Shown here: positions 1 to 9,059 of the stretch, piece by piece
Layout of the letters: every line of letters starts with the position of its first letter
Numbering within the stretch: the first letter of the stretch is position 1
Origin: an uncultured Nitrososphaerota archaeon
GTDB taxonomy: Archaea > Thermoproteota > Nitrososphaeria > Nitrososphaerales > Gagatemarchaeaceae
Length of the DNA: 64,000 bases
NCBI GenBank assembly: GCA_963838925.1
Contig: CAWISW010000003.1
Location: forward strand, 224,001-288,000
Direction of reading: 5' to 3'
The notes under the pieces: model-generated
Seen by the model: the letters and a program-made list of their open reading frames with translations, nothing else
Told to the model about the DNA's origin: nothing
The model's database searches: none
Position numbers and translations under genes: made by a program

Positions 1-47
1 ACCACATACAGAAGCCCCAAAGGGCTGTCCGGGCAGCCAAGAACTGA

Positions 48-857
48 TTACTCGAAGATCCGAGACAGGGCCTCATAGTCGTCGGGCGAAATCCTAGTGC
101 TGACCGCGGCCGCGTTCTTCTCGACGTGCTCCGCCTTCGCCGCCTTGGGTATCGCGACCACCGCCTCCTTGTAGGTGACCCAGTTCAGCATCAGCTGGGC
201 AGGGGTCATCGCGTACTTGTCGAGGAGGGCCTGCGGGATTCTTCCGGTCGGGAGCTTTCCTGTGTCGAGGGGGCTGTAGGCGATGACCGTCAGCTTCTCC
301 TTCTCGCAAAACGGGAGGAGTTCGGCCTCGATGGAGCGTCTGGTGAGGCTGTACCTCACCTGGTTTGAGACGATTTCCGACCTCGGCAATGCTTCCCTGG
401 CCTTGAGCGTCTGGGCGACAGAGAAGTTGCTGACGCCTATGTAGCGTATCTTCCCGTGGGCGACGAGCTCCTCCATGGCCTTCATGGTCTCCTTGATTGG
501 GACCTGGTCGCTCGGCCAGTGCAACTGGTAGAGGTCGATGTGCTCGACTCCGAGCCGCCTTATGCTGTTCTCGCACGAGCCCAGGACGTCTTCGTACCCG
601 AAGTGCTCCGGCGACACCTTCGAGGCGATGAACACGTCGTCCCTTTTCCCCTTGATCGCCTGCCCGACGAGTTTCTCAGCGTTGCCGTAGCCGTACATCT
701 CTGCCGAGTCAATCAGGGTCATTCCGAGTTCGATGCCCCTGCGTAGAGCCTGAATCTCGAGGGCGCGCCTCTCGTCTTGGGCGTCGCCAATCTCCCACGT
801 TCCCATGCCAAGCACCGGTATCTTCTCCCTCGTCCTGCCCAGCTCGCGCTTCTCCAA
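48..857 (-). CDS. Aldo/keto reductase
   Basis: LGMGTW, IDSAEMYG, DLYQLHWP, IGVSNF and AYSPL motifs. Likely TTG start at 857 (LEKRELG); the longer ORF-track N-terminus overlaps the divergent gene. Confidence 0.93.
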   Translation of the reverse strand: MEKRELGRTREKIPVLGMGTWEIGDAQDERRALEIQALRRGIELGMTLIDSAEMYGYGNAEKLVGQAIKGKRDDVFIASKVSPEHFGYEDVLGSCENSIRRLGVEHIDLYQLHWPSDQVPIKETMKAMEELVAHGKIRYIGVSNFSVAQTLKAREALPRSEIVSNQVRYSLTRRSIEAELLPFCEKEKLTVIAYSPLDTGKLPTGRIPQALLDKYAMTPAQLMLNWVTYKEAVVAIPKAAKAEHVEKNAAAVSTRISPDDYEALSRIFE

Positions 858-932
858 ACGTCGACGCCGAGCAGCCTTGGAGGGCCGGTGTGTATTATGT
901 GTGAGTCGCAGGCGGGCAAAGCTTAAAGGAAA

Positions 933-1736
933 TTGACCGAGCTTCGAACCGTGGAACCTGCGCGACCAAGCCCCGTAGAAGAGGCGATCAGGGTCTTGGG
1001 ACGGGCCGAGGGCAACGGGGTCGTCTTGCGGATGCTTGGAGGCGTCGCGTTCTACCTCCGGTGCCCGTCCGCGCGTAGCGGCAGCCTTGCGAGGAGCTAC
1101 GGCGACCTCGACTTCATCGGCCACGCGCGGCAGGTGACCGAAATCAAGCGCGTCTTTAGCGAATCGGGCTACCTCCCCCGGGAGAGGTTCAACGCCTTGC
1201 ACGGCAGCCGAAGGCTCGGCTTCACCGACTCTGCCCACGAGAAGCGGGTCGATGTGTTCCTCGACGTCTTCGAGATGTGCCACAAGTTCGACCTGAGGGA
1301 CAGGATGGAAATCGACCGCCAGACCATTCCTCTAGCAGACCTCCTGGCTACGAAGCTCCAGATCATCCAGACGAACGAGAAGGATTTCGGAGACATGATT
1401 TGTCTATTAGTGGACCACGAGGTTGGGGGCACCGACCTCCGGGACACTGTCAACGGAGAGTATCTCGCGAGGCTCTGCGGCGAAGACTGGGGCATCTACA
1501 AGACGTTCACAATGAAGCTGGCCATGCTGGCCGTCGCCGTCGAGAAGTGGGAACTGAAGGAGCCTGAAAGAGAGTTGGTCGTCAAGAGGGTTGGGCAGCT
1601 AAGCGCGGCAATAGAGAGGGCCCCCAAGAGCATCGCTTGGAAGATGCGCGCGGCCATAGGGGAGAGGGTCAGGTGGTACGAGCTCCCGGAGGAGGACGCG
1701 GGCTTGGTCGAACAGGTCCAGGCGAGAGAGAGCTGA
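933..1736 (+). CDS. Uncharacterised nucleotidyltransferase-fold protein
   Basis: hGG..DhD signature (MLGGVA...YGDLDFIG) plus a later acidic strand (RVDVFLD), typical of the Pol-beta NTase superfamily. Confidence 0.6.
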   Translation: MTELRTVEPARPSPVEEAIRVLGRAEGNGVVLRMLGGVAFYLRCPSARSGSLARSYGDLDFIGHARQVTEIKRVFSESGYLPRERFNALHGSRRLGFTDSAHEKRVDVFLDVFEMCHKFDLRDRMEIDRQTIPLADLLATKLQIIQTNEKDFGDMICLLVDHEVGGTDLRDTVNGEYLARLCGEDWGIYKTFTMKLAMLAVAVEKWELKEPERELVVKRVGQLSAAIERAPKSIAWKMRAAIGERVRWYELPEEDAGLVEQVQARES

Positions 1737-1777
1737 ATGCGTGAGGCAGTCGGTAGCTTCACGCGGAGATTGAGAGG

Positions 1778-2728
1778 ATGAGGACGAAGGTATTCTTCGT
1801 CAGCGACGTGCACGGCTCCGACCGCTGCTTCAGGAAGTTTGTTAACGCGGGAAAGTTCTACGACGCAGATGTGCTAATCTTGGGAGGAGACGTGACGGGA
1901 AAGGCGATAGTCCCGATGGTGAGGATGCCGGACGGTACGGTCAAGGTCAGAGAGGGAAACAACGACCGCTTGCTGACCTCCCCGTCAGAAATCGAGGGGC
2001 TCAAGAGGAGGGCCGGCGATGCAGGCAACTATCCGTATGAGGCGAGTCCCAAGGAGTTCGAGGAGCTCGCGGCCAAACCGGACCTCGTCGTCGGGCTCTT
2101 CAAGAGACTCATGCTTGAAAGCCTCCGGTCCTGGATTGCCCTCGCGGACGAAAGGCTTGCCGGTACCGGAATCAAGTGTTACATGTCGCCTGGAAACGAC
2201 GACTACTTCGAGATCGACGAAGTGCTGAGTTCGGGGAAGAGCGTGACCAATCCCGAGGGGGAGGTCGTCGAGATAGACGGTCAGCACGAGATGATCACAC
2301 TCGGATACACGAACCCTACGCCGTGGCACAGCCCGAGGGAGGTGGACGAGGGCGTGCTGCAGAAGAAGATCGACGGCATGGCCGAGAGGGTTCGTGAGAT
2401 GAAGAGCGCCGTGTTCAACCTCCACGTCCCTCCCATTGGGACGCCCATCGACCAGGCGCCGAAGCTCGATGACAACCTGAAGCCCGTGGTCTCTGGAGGA
2501 GAGGTCGTGATGGCCTCCGCGGGGAGCTCGGCCGTGCGCGACAGCATCGAGAAATATCAGCCACTAGTCGGCCTGCACGGACACATCCACGAGTCGAGGG
2601 GCATGGTGAGGATTGGAAGGACGATGTGTTTCAATCCTGGCAGCGAATATGCTTCGGGGATTCTCAAAGGGGTCCTGTGCGAGCTCGATGGCGACGCCGT
2701 CCGGTCGTACTTGCTGACTTCTGGATAG
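1778..2728 (+). CDS. Calcineurin-like metallophosphoesterase (Icc-related)
   Basis: DVHG, GGD, PGNDD, HVPP and GHIHE motifs. Confidence 0.9.
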   Translation: MRTKVFFVSDVHGSDRCFRKFVNAGKFYDADVLILGGDVTGKAIVPMVRMPDGTVKVREGNNDRLLTSPSEIEGLKRRAGDAGNYPYEASPKEFEELAAKPDLVVGLFKRLMLESLRSWIALADERLAGTGIKCYMSPGNDDYFEIDEVLSSGKSVTNPEGEVVEIDGQHEMITLGYTNPTPWHSPREVDEGVLQKKIDGMAERVREMKSAVFNLHVPPIGTPIDQAPKLDDNLKPVVSGGEVVMASAGSSAVRDSIEKYQPLVGLHGHIHESRGMVRIGRTMCFNPGSEYASGILKGVLCELDGDAVRSYLLTSG

Positions 2729-2780
2729 CCGCCTCTCACAAACAAAGGAGATAAACCGACGCTGCAGGAGGGAAACTCGC

Positions 2781-2854
2781 GCCACGGTAGCTCAGCCTGG
2801 TAGAGCAGCTGCCTTGTAAGCAGCAGGTCGAGGGATCAAATCCCTCCCGTGGCT
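2781..2854 (+). tRNA. tRNA-Thr(TGT)
   Basis: GCCACGG/CCGTGGC acceptor stem; GCTGC-CTTGTAA-GCAGC anticodon arm; T-loop ATCAAAT. Confidence 0.95.
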
Positions 2855-3246
2855 CTCACCCTCCTCAACTCCCGCGAGTGAAGCACGTCGGACGCGAGGA
2901 GCTTCATGAAGACGTCGTACTCTTCGTCGTCGAACCTGACCTCTCGGACCAGCCCGGACTCCTCGGCGATCTTGTAGCTCAGGATATGATAGCAGAACTT
3001 GACCTTCGTGCTCAGGACGCCGTAGAAGTAGGACTCGCACGAGCAGAACGACTTGTCCGGGTCGATGAACTCGTCCGCGTTGCTCCCGACGACGGTGTAG
3101 ACGTATCTGCCGCTCGGAAGGAAGGTGTGCCTCTTCACGCAGCCCCCGAACGCGGCCTCCACTGCCTTCTCGAACTGGCTCTGGCCGTCGGCGTACTTTG
3201 TGAAGCGTGAGGCGAGCTCCTCCTTCGATTCGATGGGCTTGGGCAT
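2836..3246 (-). CDS. SWIM zinc-finger protein
   Basis: FCSCESY...FCYH (CxC-xn-CxH). Its 3' end overlaps tRNA-Thr on the opposite strand. Confidence 0.8.
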   Translation of the reverse strand: MPKPIESKEELASRFTKYADGQSQFEKAVEAAFGGCVKRHTFLPSGRYVYTVVGSNADEFIDPDKSFCSCESYFYGVLSTKVKFCYHILSYKIAEESGLVREVRFDDEEYDVFMKLLASDVLHSRELRRVRATGGI

Positions 3247-3256
3247 CTTCTCGCCC

Positions 3257-4345
3257 TCAACTCGTGAACTCTGTGAGGGAGCGCTGGTCCATCATCTCCT
3301 GGAGCCCGCTGAGGCGCACTCCAACCCGGCGAAGGTCTCCGGGCTCGCGGAGCAGCAGGGCCAACAGCTCCCTGACCTCTCTTTCGAGGACGGAATAGTC
3401 GTTCGCAGGGGTCTCGAGGGTCTTGCTCCTTGTGTGGAGGGAGAGGTCCTTGAATATCCCGATGGCAGAGACGTTCCTGAAGAAGAGGCTCTTTGAGGTT
3501 AGCTTCTCGTGCACGTCCCTCAAGGCGGGAAGGAGCGCGCTGACGATTTGGTCGAGGTCACGCGTGTCCTGCTTCAATGTGATTATCCTGCTCAGCTGAG
3601 AGATTCCTCCCCTGTCGACGACAGGTTCGTCGTCGACCCCGTTTGAGGCGTTGTGGAGGTAGACCGCCAGCTTCTTGCCGAGCAGGTCCTCGAGCCTCTG
3701 GATGGGGACGCTCGCCAACTCCGGGACGGTCTTCACTCCGTTCTCGTCGAGGAGTTTTGCGATCTTCGGCCCGACCCCGTAGATCCTTTCGACGGTTAGC
3801 GGGGCAAGGAAGGCGAGAGTCCTCTCAGGGGTCACCACCGTCAACCCGTTCGGCTTGTTGAAGTCTGACGCGATCTTCGCGACCACCTTGTTGGGGCCCA
3901 TCCCTATCGAGCAGGTGAGCTTCTCTTCCCTGAATATTCTGTCCTTCATCCGGAGCGCGAGGTCCGAAGCGGCGTCATAGTCTCCCCGCGTCCTCTTAGT
4001 GATGTCGAAGAACGCCTCGTCTATTCCGGCCTGCTCTACCACATCGACCTCCGCCCTCAGGATTTCCATCACGCGGTCAGAGTACACCTCGTATTTTCCG
4101 TGGTCCATGCGGATGAGGGTGGCCTGGACTCCGTCTAGGCGGCGCTTGGCGAGGGCTATCGGCATCCCGGACTTGACCCCGTACTCCCTCGCCTTGTAGT
4201 TCGAGGTGCTCACGACGCCGCTATCCTCAGTCCGTCCCGAGAAGACGCAGACCAAGACGGGGGTGTCCTTCAGCGATGGCGCCTCCACTTCCTCCACCTG
4301 GGCGTAGAAGTAATCTAGGTCGAGGTGACCGACTATTCGGCTCAA
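3257..4345 (-). CDS. dinB: DNA polymerase IV (Y family)
   Basis: HLDLDYFYAQVEE, SNYKAREYGVKSGMP, IDEAFFD, KPNG and GVG helix-hairpin-helix motifs. Confidence 0.95.
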   Translation of the reverse strand: MSRIVGHLDLDYFYAQVEEVEAPSLKDTPVLVCVFSGRTEDSGVVSTSNYKAREYGVKSGMPIALAKRRLDGVQATLIRMDHGKYEVYSDRVMEILRAEVDVVEQAGIDEAFFDITKRTRGDYDAASDLALRMKDRIFREEKLTCSIGMGPNKVVAKIASDFNKPNGLTVVTPERTLAFLAPLTVERIYGVGPKIAKLLDENGVKTVPELASVPIQRLEDLLGKKLAVYLHNASNGVDDEPVVDRGGISQLSRIITLKQDTRDLDQIVSALLPALRDVHEKLTSKSLFFRNVSAIGIFKDLSLHTRSKTLETPANDYSVLEREVRELLALLLREPGDLRRVGVRLSGLQEMMDQRSLTEFTS

Positions 4346-4425
4346 AACGGGAATGTTGCAGTTCGGTCTGCCGCGATTTAATAGCCTTTAGTGGCCTTTC
4401 GGCAAAGGGGATTCAGAGGATGATA

Positions 4426-4779
4426 TCAGAATCTAATGACGCCCTGGTCGCATTCGTCTGAAAGGCCCGAGGAGATTGTTGTCGTGCCTGAGGAAATTGT
4501 GGTGGTAGTTTCTGGGGATAACGAATGGCAGCCCCAGGGACGATAGACAAATTGATAATGTCCGTCAACATTTGTCGCCCCGATCCCGATAAGAGAGTAC
4601 GTGACCGAAACCGACGGCGCCTTCAGACCGAAAGCAGCGGGCGGGCAACTTCCTCCGTTTGGGGTGTCACAAACAGCCGTCCAATCCGGGAGAACTGGAA
4701 TGAATGTCAAAATCGCCGCTGCAGTCACGATGGTCGCAATCGCGATGGCAACAATCGCGAGGCGCTTTGACAGCAGCAT
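4426..4779 (-). CDS. Hypothetical secreted/membrane-anchored protein
   Basis: N-terminal hydrophobic helix, 4 Cys, Thr/Ser-rich tail; lower GC than flanks. Confidence 0.55.
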   Translation of the reverse strand: MLLSKRLAIVAIAIATIVTAAAILTFIPVLPDWTAVCDTPNGGSCPPAAFGLKAPSVSVTYSLIGIGATNVDGHYQFVYRPWGCHSLSPETTTTISSGTTTISSGLSDECDQGVIRF

Positions 4780-4920
4780 ACAACACCACCACCAACCCAG
4801 CCCCGATATTTACCACTCTCTGGTCTTGCATAATGGCTCCATTGAGCACACGCCACGCAACACGCTCTCAAATCACCGACATGCACATGCTTACCAAAGA
4901 AGCTACGAAGGGAAATGACG

Positions 4921-5075
4921 TGGTGGGGTCGCCCGGATTTGAACCGGGGGTCTCAAGCGTTCTCGAACGCGCCGTGTTAGGGACGTTCCCGAGGCATCTT
5001 CTCTGATGATTTGAAGCCTAGACCAGACTAGCCCCAAGTTGAATCGAGTTCAACGTTGGCCTAGCCGACGACCCC
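4921..5075 (-). tRNA. tRNA-Pro(CGG) with three introns (15/16, 29/30, 37/38)
   Basis: GGGGTCG/CGACCCC-ACCA acceptor. Removing 5060-5028, 5010-4996 and 4987-4960 gives a 79-nt cloverleaf with CAAGC-CTCGGGC-GCTTG. Confidence 0.9.
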
Positions 5076-5197
5076 GCACCGATTGATGCCCCCGGGTGTC
5101 TCGCTTTATATCCTATCTCAGGCTTGTTCTGCTTCTCGCCCCACTTTGCATTTTCCGTTGGTTGATTAGCAATAGAGCGATTCTTTCGCGTGCGAGT

Positions 5198-5740
5198 CTA
5201 AGGTGTAAAGACTCCCGCGAAGGGGAGACAGCCTGCTGGAGTAACCAGATAGATGCGTCCAGAAAAAGTCTGACCGGCCACAGGAGGGTTGACTTCTAGT
5301 CCACCGGTGAACGCGTCGGAGGGGAAGGTCGCCGTCAGGGTAGCGTTACCCGAATAATTCTGGAGGTAGTTTGATGGGACACCTGTGCAGCTCGTGGCTT
5401 CATCAACGATGCCGTGATTCTGCGTTCCATAATCAACGTAGACGCACTGGTTTCCGTCCTTGATTGTGATTGGCCCGCCGGTGGGTGAAGAGATATTGAT
5501 GATGAGGAACGTACAAGTCTTGTTGGTGACACTGCATTGAGAATACACTCCGTCGGTAGGAGAGACATCTACGGTGGTCATGCTGGGTGGAAATATCGTC
5601 GTCGTCGAGACCGTCGTAGAGGTGACGGTCTTCTCGGGGACACCGGTGGTAAAGACGATAAGGAACGCCAATACTAATCCCACTATTATCCCAGCAACCA
5701 GCACCCCGATGCGGGCACCACCAGCTTCACCCACTTTCAA
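5198..5740 (-). CDS. Hypothetical membrane-anchored extracellular protein
   Basis: N-terminal TM helix, Thr-rich linker, beta-rich Cys-containing domain with N-x-S/T sequons. Confidence 0.65.
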   Translation of the reverse strand: MKVGEAGGARIGVLVAGIIVGLVLAFLIVFTTGVPEKTVTSTTVSTTTIFPPSMTTVDVSPTDGVYSQCSVTNKTCTFLIINISSPTGGPITIKDGNQCVYVDYGTQNHGIVDEATSCTGVPSNYLQNYSGNATLTATFPSDAFTGGLEVNPPVAGQTFSGRIYLVTPAGCLPFAGVFTP

Positions 5741-5871
5741 ATCAGGTCGTCACGAAGTTGTTAGAAGGTGTCTGAATAGTCTTGCGCGTACCCGTGAAGG
5801 GCTGTTGGAGGGGCAGTGCGAAGAGAACGGCCTCCAGAGCCATTATAAGGAAGAAACCCTGTGCTTGGAGC

Positions 5872-6168
5872 ATGTCCGGAGAGACGAAAACAGTAATCGT
5901 GGGCCAATCCAAACCGCTCCTAAACTACGTCACAGCTTGCATAACCATGTTCAACAGTGGAGCAGACCACGTCGTCCTCAGATCCAGAGGGGAAGCCATC
6001 AACATGGCGGTCGACGTCGTCCAAGTCCTCAAGAAGAGGTTCGTAAGCAAGGTCGAGATCTCGAAGATACAGATTGACGGCGAGAACGTCGTCTCCCGGG
6101 ACGGAAGAAAGCTGAACCTCCCTGTCTTGGAGATTGAGCTCTCGATGCCCAAGCAGAACCCTGCCTAG
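5872..6168 (+). CDS. albA: Chromatin protein Alba
   Basis: IVGQSKPLLNYVTAC...LRSRGEAINMAVDV, the Alba signature; ATG at 5872. Confidence 0.9.
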   Translation: MSGETKTVIVGQSKPLLNYVTACITMFNSGADHVVLRSRGEAINMAVDVVQVLKKRFVSKVEISKIQIDGENVVSRDGRKLNLPVLEIELSMPKQNPA

Positions 6169-6208
6169 GCCAGCCTCTCTTCGACGTCTGGAACTCTTGG
6201 GAGACACA

Positions 6209-7555
6209 TTGCCATCTAAGAAGCGGATAAGGTTCGTGAAGGGCGCCGTTCCAGGCCCGAAGGCAAGGGCTGTGATCAGGAGGACCTTGAAGGTGATATC
6301 GCCCTCGATTTCGAGGGACGACCCGTTAGTGGTCGAGTCGGCCCATGGCTCGGTCGTGACGGACGTCGACGGAAACAGGTTCATCGACTTTTCCTCGGGC
6401 ATAGCGGTGCTGAGCACCGGCTCGACCCACCCGAAGGTGGTAGAGGCAGCCAAGAGGCAGCTCGACAAGTTCATCCATTTCTCATACACAGACTTCTACT
6501 ACGAGAACCTCGTGACGCTCGCAGTGGAACTCTCGAAGCTCGCGCCCGGCAAGGGAGACAAGAAGGTCTACTGGGGAAACAGCGGAGCCGAGGCGAACGA
6601 GGCTGCCATGAAGCTCGCGAGGAACTACACCAAGAGGCCCTTGTTCCTGGCTCATTCAGGAGGGTTCCACGGCAGGACGATGGGCGCGCTGAGCCTTACC
6701 GGCAGCAAGCCGATTCAAAGGAAGGGATCGTTCCCCATGGTACCGGAGGTGGTGCATTTCCCGTTCCCGTATTGCTACCGCTGCCCGTGGAAGCAGACCT
6801 TCCCCGAGTGCGACTATTACTGCGTCGATTACTTCAAGGAGCAGTACTTGGAAAAGTTCGTCCCTGTCGAGGACGTGGCCGCATACTTCTTCGAGCCTTT
6901 CCAAGGCGAGGGAGGATACGTGGTGCCCCCTCCGGAGTACTTCAGGAAGATGAGCTTCCTGCGGAAGGAAGGCGTCCTGTTCGTGGCCGACGAGGTGCAG
7001 ACCGGGATTGGGAGGTCGGGCAAGTTCTTCGCCGTCGAGCACTTCCGCCTCGAGCCCGACATCATCAGCGTGGCCAAGGGCCTAGCGTCGGGGTTTCCGC
7101 TGGGAGGCATAATCGCCTCCTCCGAGATAATGGACTCCTGGGTCCCCGGACAGCACGCCTCCACCTTCGGTGCGAACCCGGTGGCCGTGGAAGCGGCGCT
7201 GGCCACATTGGAGGTAATTAATTCGGAGAAACTAGTGGAGAACGCGTCGAAGATGGGAAGAGTCGCCATGAAGAGGCTGGAGGAGATGAAGGAGCGCTAC
7301 GAGATAGTGGGCGACGTGAGAGGGAAGGGGCTGTTCATCGGGGTCGAGCTCGTAAAGGACAAGAAGAGCAAGGAGCGCGGGGTTCGGGAGGCTCAGGCCG
7401 TCACCAGAGAGTGCTTCAGGGACGGGCTGATCCTAATCACGGCAGGAAGGAACACGCTGCGAGTAATCCCGCCGCTCAATGTCGCAATGGAGGAACTCGA
7501 GGAGGGGCTCGACGTGGTCGAAGGCGCGATAGCCAAAGTGAACTCAGAAGCATGA
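6209..7555 (+). CDS. Class III PLP aminotransferase (acetylornithine/4-aminobutyrate family)
   Basis: DVDGNRFIDF, NSGAEANEAA, FHGRT, DEVQTGIGRSG and AKGLASG motifs; probable TTG start at 6209. Confidence 0.92.
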   Translation: MPSKKRIRFVKGAVPGPKARAVIRRTLKVISPSISRDDPLVVESAHGSVVTDVDGNRFIDFSSGIAVLSTGSTHPKVVEAAKRQLDKFIHFSYTDFYYENLVTLAVELSKLAPGKGDKKVYWGNSGAEANEAAMKLARNYTKRPLFLAHSGGFHGRTMGALSLTGSKPIQRKGSFPMVPEVVHFPFPYCYRCPWKQTFPECDYYCVDYFKEQYLEKFVPVEDVAAYFFEPFQGEGGYVVPPPEYFRKMSFLRKEGVLFVADEVQTGIGRSGKFFAVEHFRLEPDIISVAKGLASGFPLGGIIASSEIMDSWVPGQHASTFGANPVAVEAALATLEVINSEKLVENASKMGRVAMKRLEEMKERYEIVGDVRGKGLFIGVELVKDKKSKERGVREAQAVTRECFRDGLILITAGRNTLRVIPPLNVAMEELEEGLDVVEGAIAKVNSEA

Positions 7556-7573
7556 GGAGGAGAGTGCCCGCAG

Positions 7574-8773
7574 ATGTATGATTTCGACGCCATCGTGGCC
7601 GAAGTCCTTCGGAACAAGCCAGACATTAGCCGAGACGCCTTGATGGAGCTCGTCCAAGAGAAGAAGCGCACCGTCGGTTCGGGCTACCTCACGGACCAGG
7701 GGGCGCTGTTCCTGATCGCTGGAGAACTGGGGGTCAGGCTGCAGCACATGATCACGGCCGACCTGACGCTCAAGGACCTCCACATAGGCGCCAACGACAT
7801 CACCGTCGTGGCCAGGGTGCTGGCAATCTATCCAGTGTCGGAGTTCAAGAAGAAGGACGGGAGCGGCGTCGGCCGGTACAGGCGCGTCAGCCTGTTCGAC
7901 CGCAACGGCATCGGGAGGCTTACGATTTGGGAGGACAACGAGGAGGCAATCAAGCTCTCGGGAGTGGCGATCGACACGCCGGTCAGAGTGGTGAGCGCGT
8001 ACGTCAAGCAGGGCCTCGACGGGAAGCCCAACCTCAACCTCGGCAAGAGGGGGCGGATTGAGGTGATCGCTGACGCCTCCATCTCATCCAAGCTGGCTCA
8101 GCTCTCATCCGTGACCAAGCGCGTCGACCAGATCCAAGAGGGAGAGTCGGTCCTCGCGGTCGAAGGCTTGGCCGTGACTGACAGCAGACGCTCCACATTC
8201 GTCCGGCGAGACGACGGTTCCAACGGCTCGCTCACGCAGTTCGAACTCAAAGGTCCGGACGATAAGACGACCAGGGTGGTTGTCTGGGACGGCACCGACC
8301 TGCCCGAGGTCAAGTCAGGCAGCAAGGTCAGGGTGACCAACCTGAGGCAGAAGAAGGGTCGTCAGGGGGAGCCGGAGCTTCATGGTGACGGTGGGACTGT
8401 GATACAGTTGCTCGACGTTCCCGAGGTCCAGAGGGCCGACGCGGAGGCCTTGCGCTTGCCGCGGCTCGTCAAGGTAGCTGAAGTGTCGAAGCACGTCGCC
8501 ACGGGAGATGTCAACTTGGAGGTGATGGCCCTCTCAAAGGGGAGCGTCAGGGAGGTCAGCCTCAAGGACGGTTCGACGGCCAAGAAGGGGGAGGTGGTTC
8601 TCGGAGACGACACCGGAGAGATCACAACCGTCGCTTGGGACGAGGCCTCGAAGATGATAGCAGAGATTCAGGCGGGAGAGAAGCTGCGGGTGTATAACGT
8701 GACGATACAGGTGTCGAAGATGGGCGTGGAGACCCTCGAGCTTAGGGGCTCCTCCAAAGTAGAGCGACTGTAG
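7574..8773 (+). CDS. rpa: Replication protein A (multi-OB-fold ssDNA-binding protein)
   Basis: N-terminal GYLTDQGALFLIA motif and three OB-fold repeats (e.g. LGDDTGEITTVAW). Confidence 0.85.
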   Translation: MYDFDAIVAEVLRNKPDISRDALMELVQEKKRTVGSGYLTDQGALFLIAGELGVRLQHMITADLTLKDLHIGANDITVVARVLAIYPVSEFKKKDGSGVGRYRRVSLFDRNGIGRLTIWEDNEEAIKLSGVAIDTPVRVVSAYVKQGLDGKPNLNLGKRGRIEVIADASISSKLAQLSSVTKRVDQIQEGESVLAVEGLAVTDSRRSTFVRRDDGSNGSLTQFELKGPDDKTTRVVVWDGTDLPEVKSGSKVRVTNLRQKKGRQGEPELHGDGGTVIQLLDVPEVQRADAEALRLPRLVKVAEVSKHVATGDVNLEVMALSKGSVREVSLKDGSTAKKGEVVLGDDTGEITTVAWDEASKMIAEIQAGEKLRVYNVTIQVSKMGVETLELRGSSKVERL

Positions 8774-8782
8774 CCGGAAGGC

Positions 8783-8914
8783 TCAGGTCTTCGGCCGACG
8801 GAGGACCTCGTATTCGTATACGAAGACGATGATAAGGCTGATCACGAAAAGCGTGATCATCAGCCCGCTCAGGAAGTTGTAGTAGCTGGTGACATCCAGC
8901 ACCGGAATCTGCAT
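8783..8914 (-). CDS. Small single-TM protein (43 aa, not in ORF track)
   Basis: Hand translation MQIPVLDVTSYYNFLSGLMITLFVISLIIVFVYEYEVLRRPKT; TM helix with basic tail, fills the intergenic gap. Confidence 0.6.
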   Translation of the reverse strand: MQIPVLDVTSYYNFLSGLMITLFVISLIIVFVYEYEVLRRPKT

Positions 8915-9059
8915 GTTTCGAAGGTGGCGGGCGATATTCGTCTAGAAAAGCATTCTGGATAGCGGCTTGAATCTAAGGAGGGAAGACTTTCGGAATCGAA
9001 GGAACGGTTCGGGGCCAGGAAAAGGAAAGATTACATACTTACTTTGCTCCGTGGAGGTC

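Noticed and set aside
858-1283. N-terminal extension of the 411-aa AKR ORF
   Set aside because: It is the antisense shadow of the 933-1736 gene; AKR homology begins near 857.
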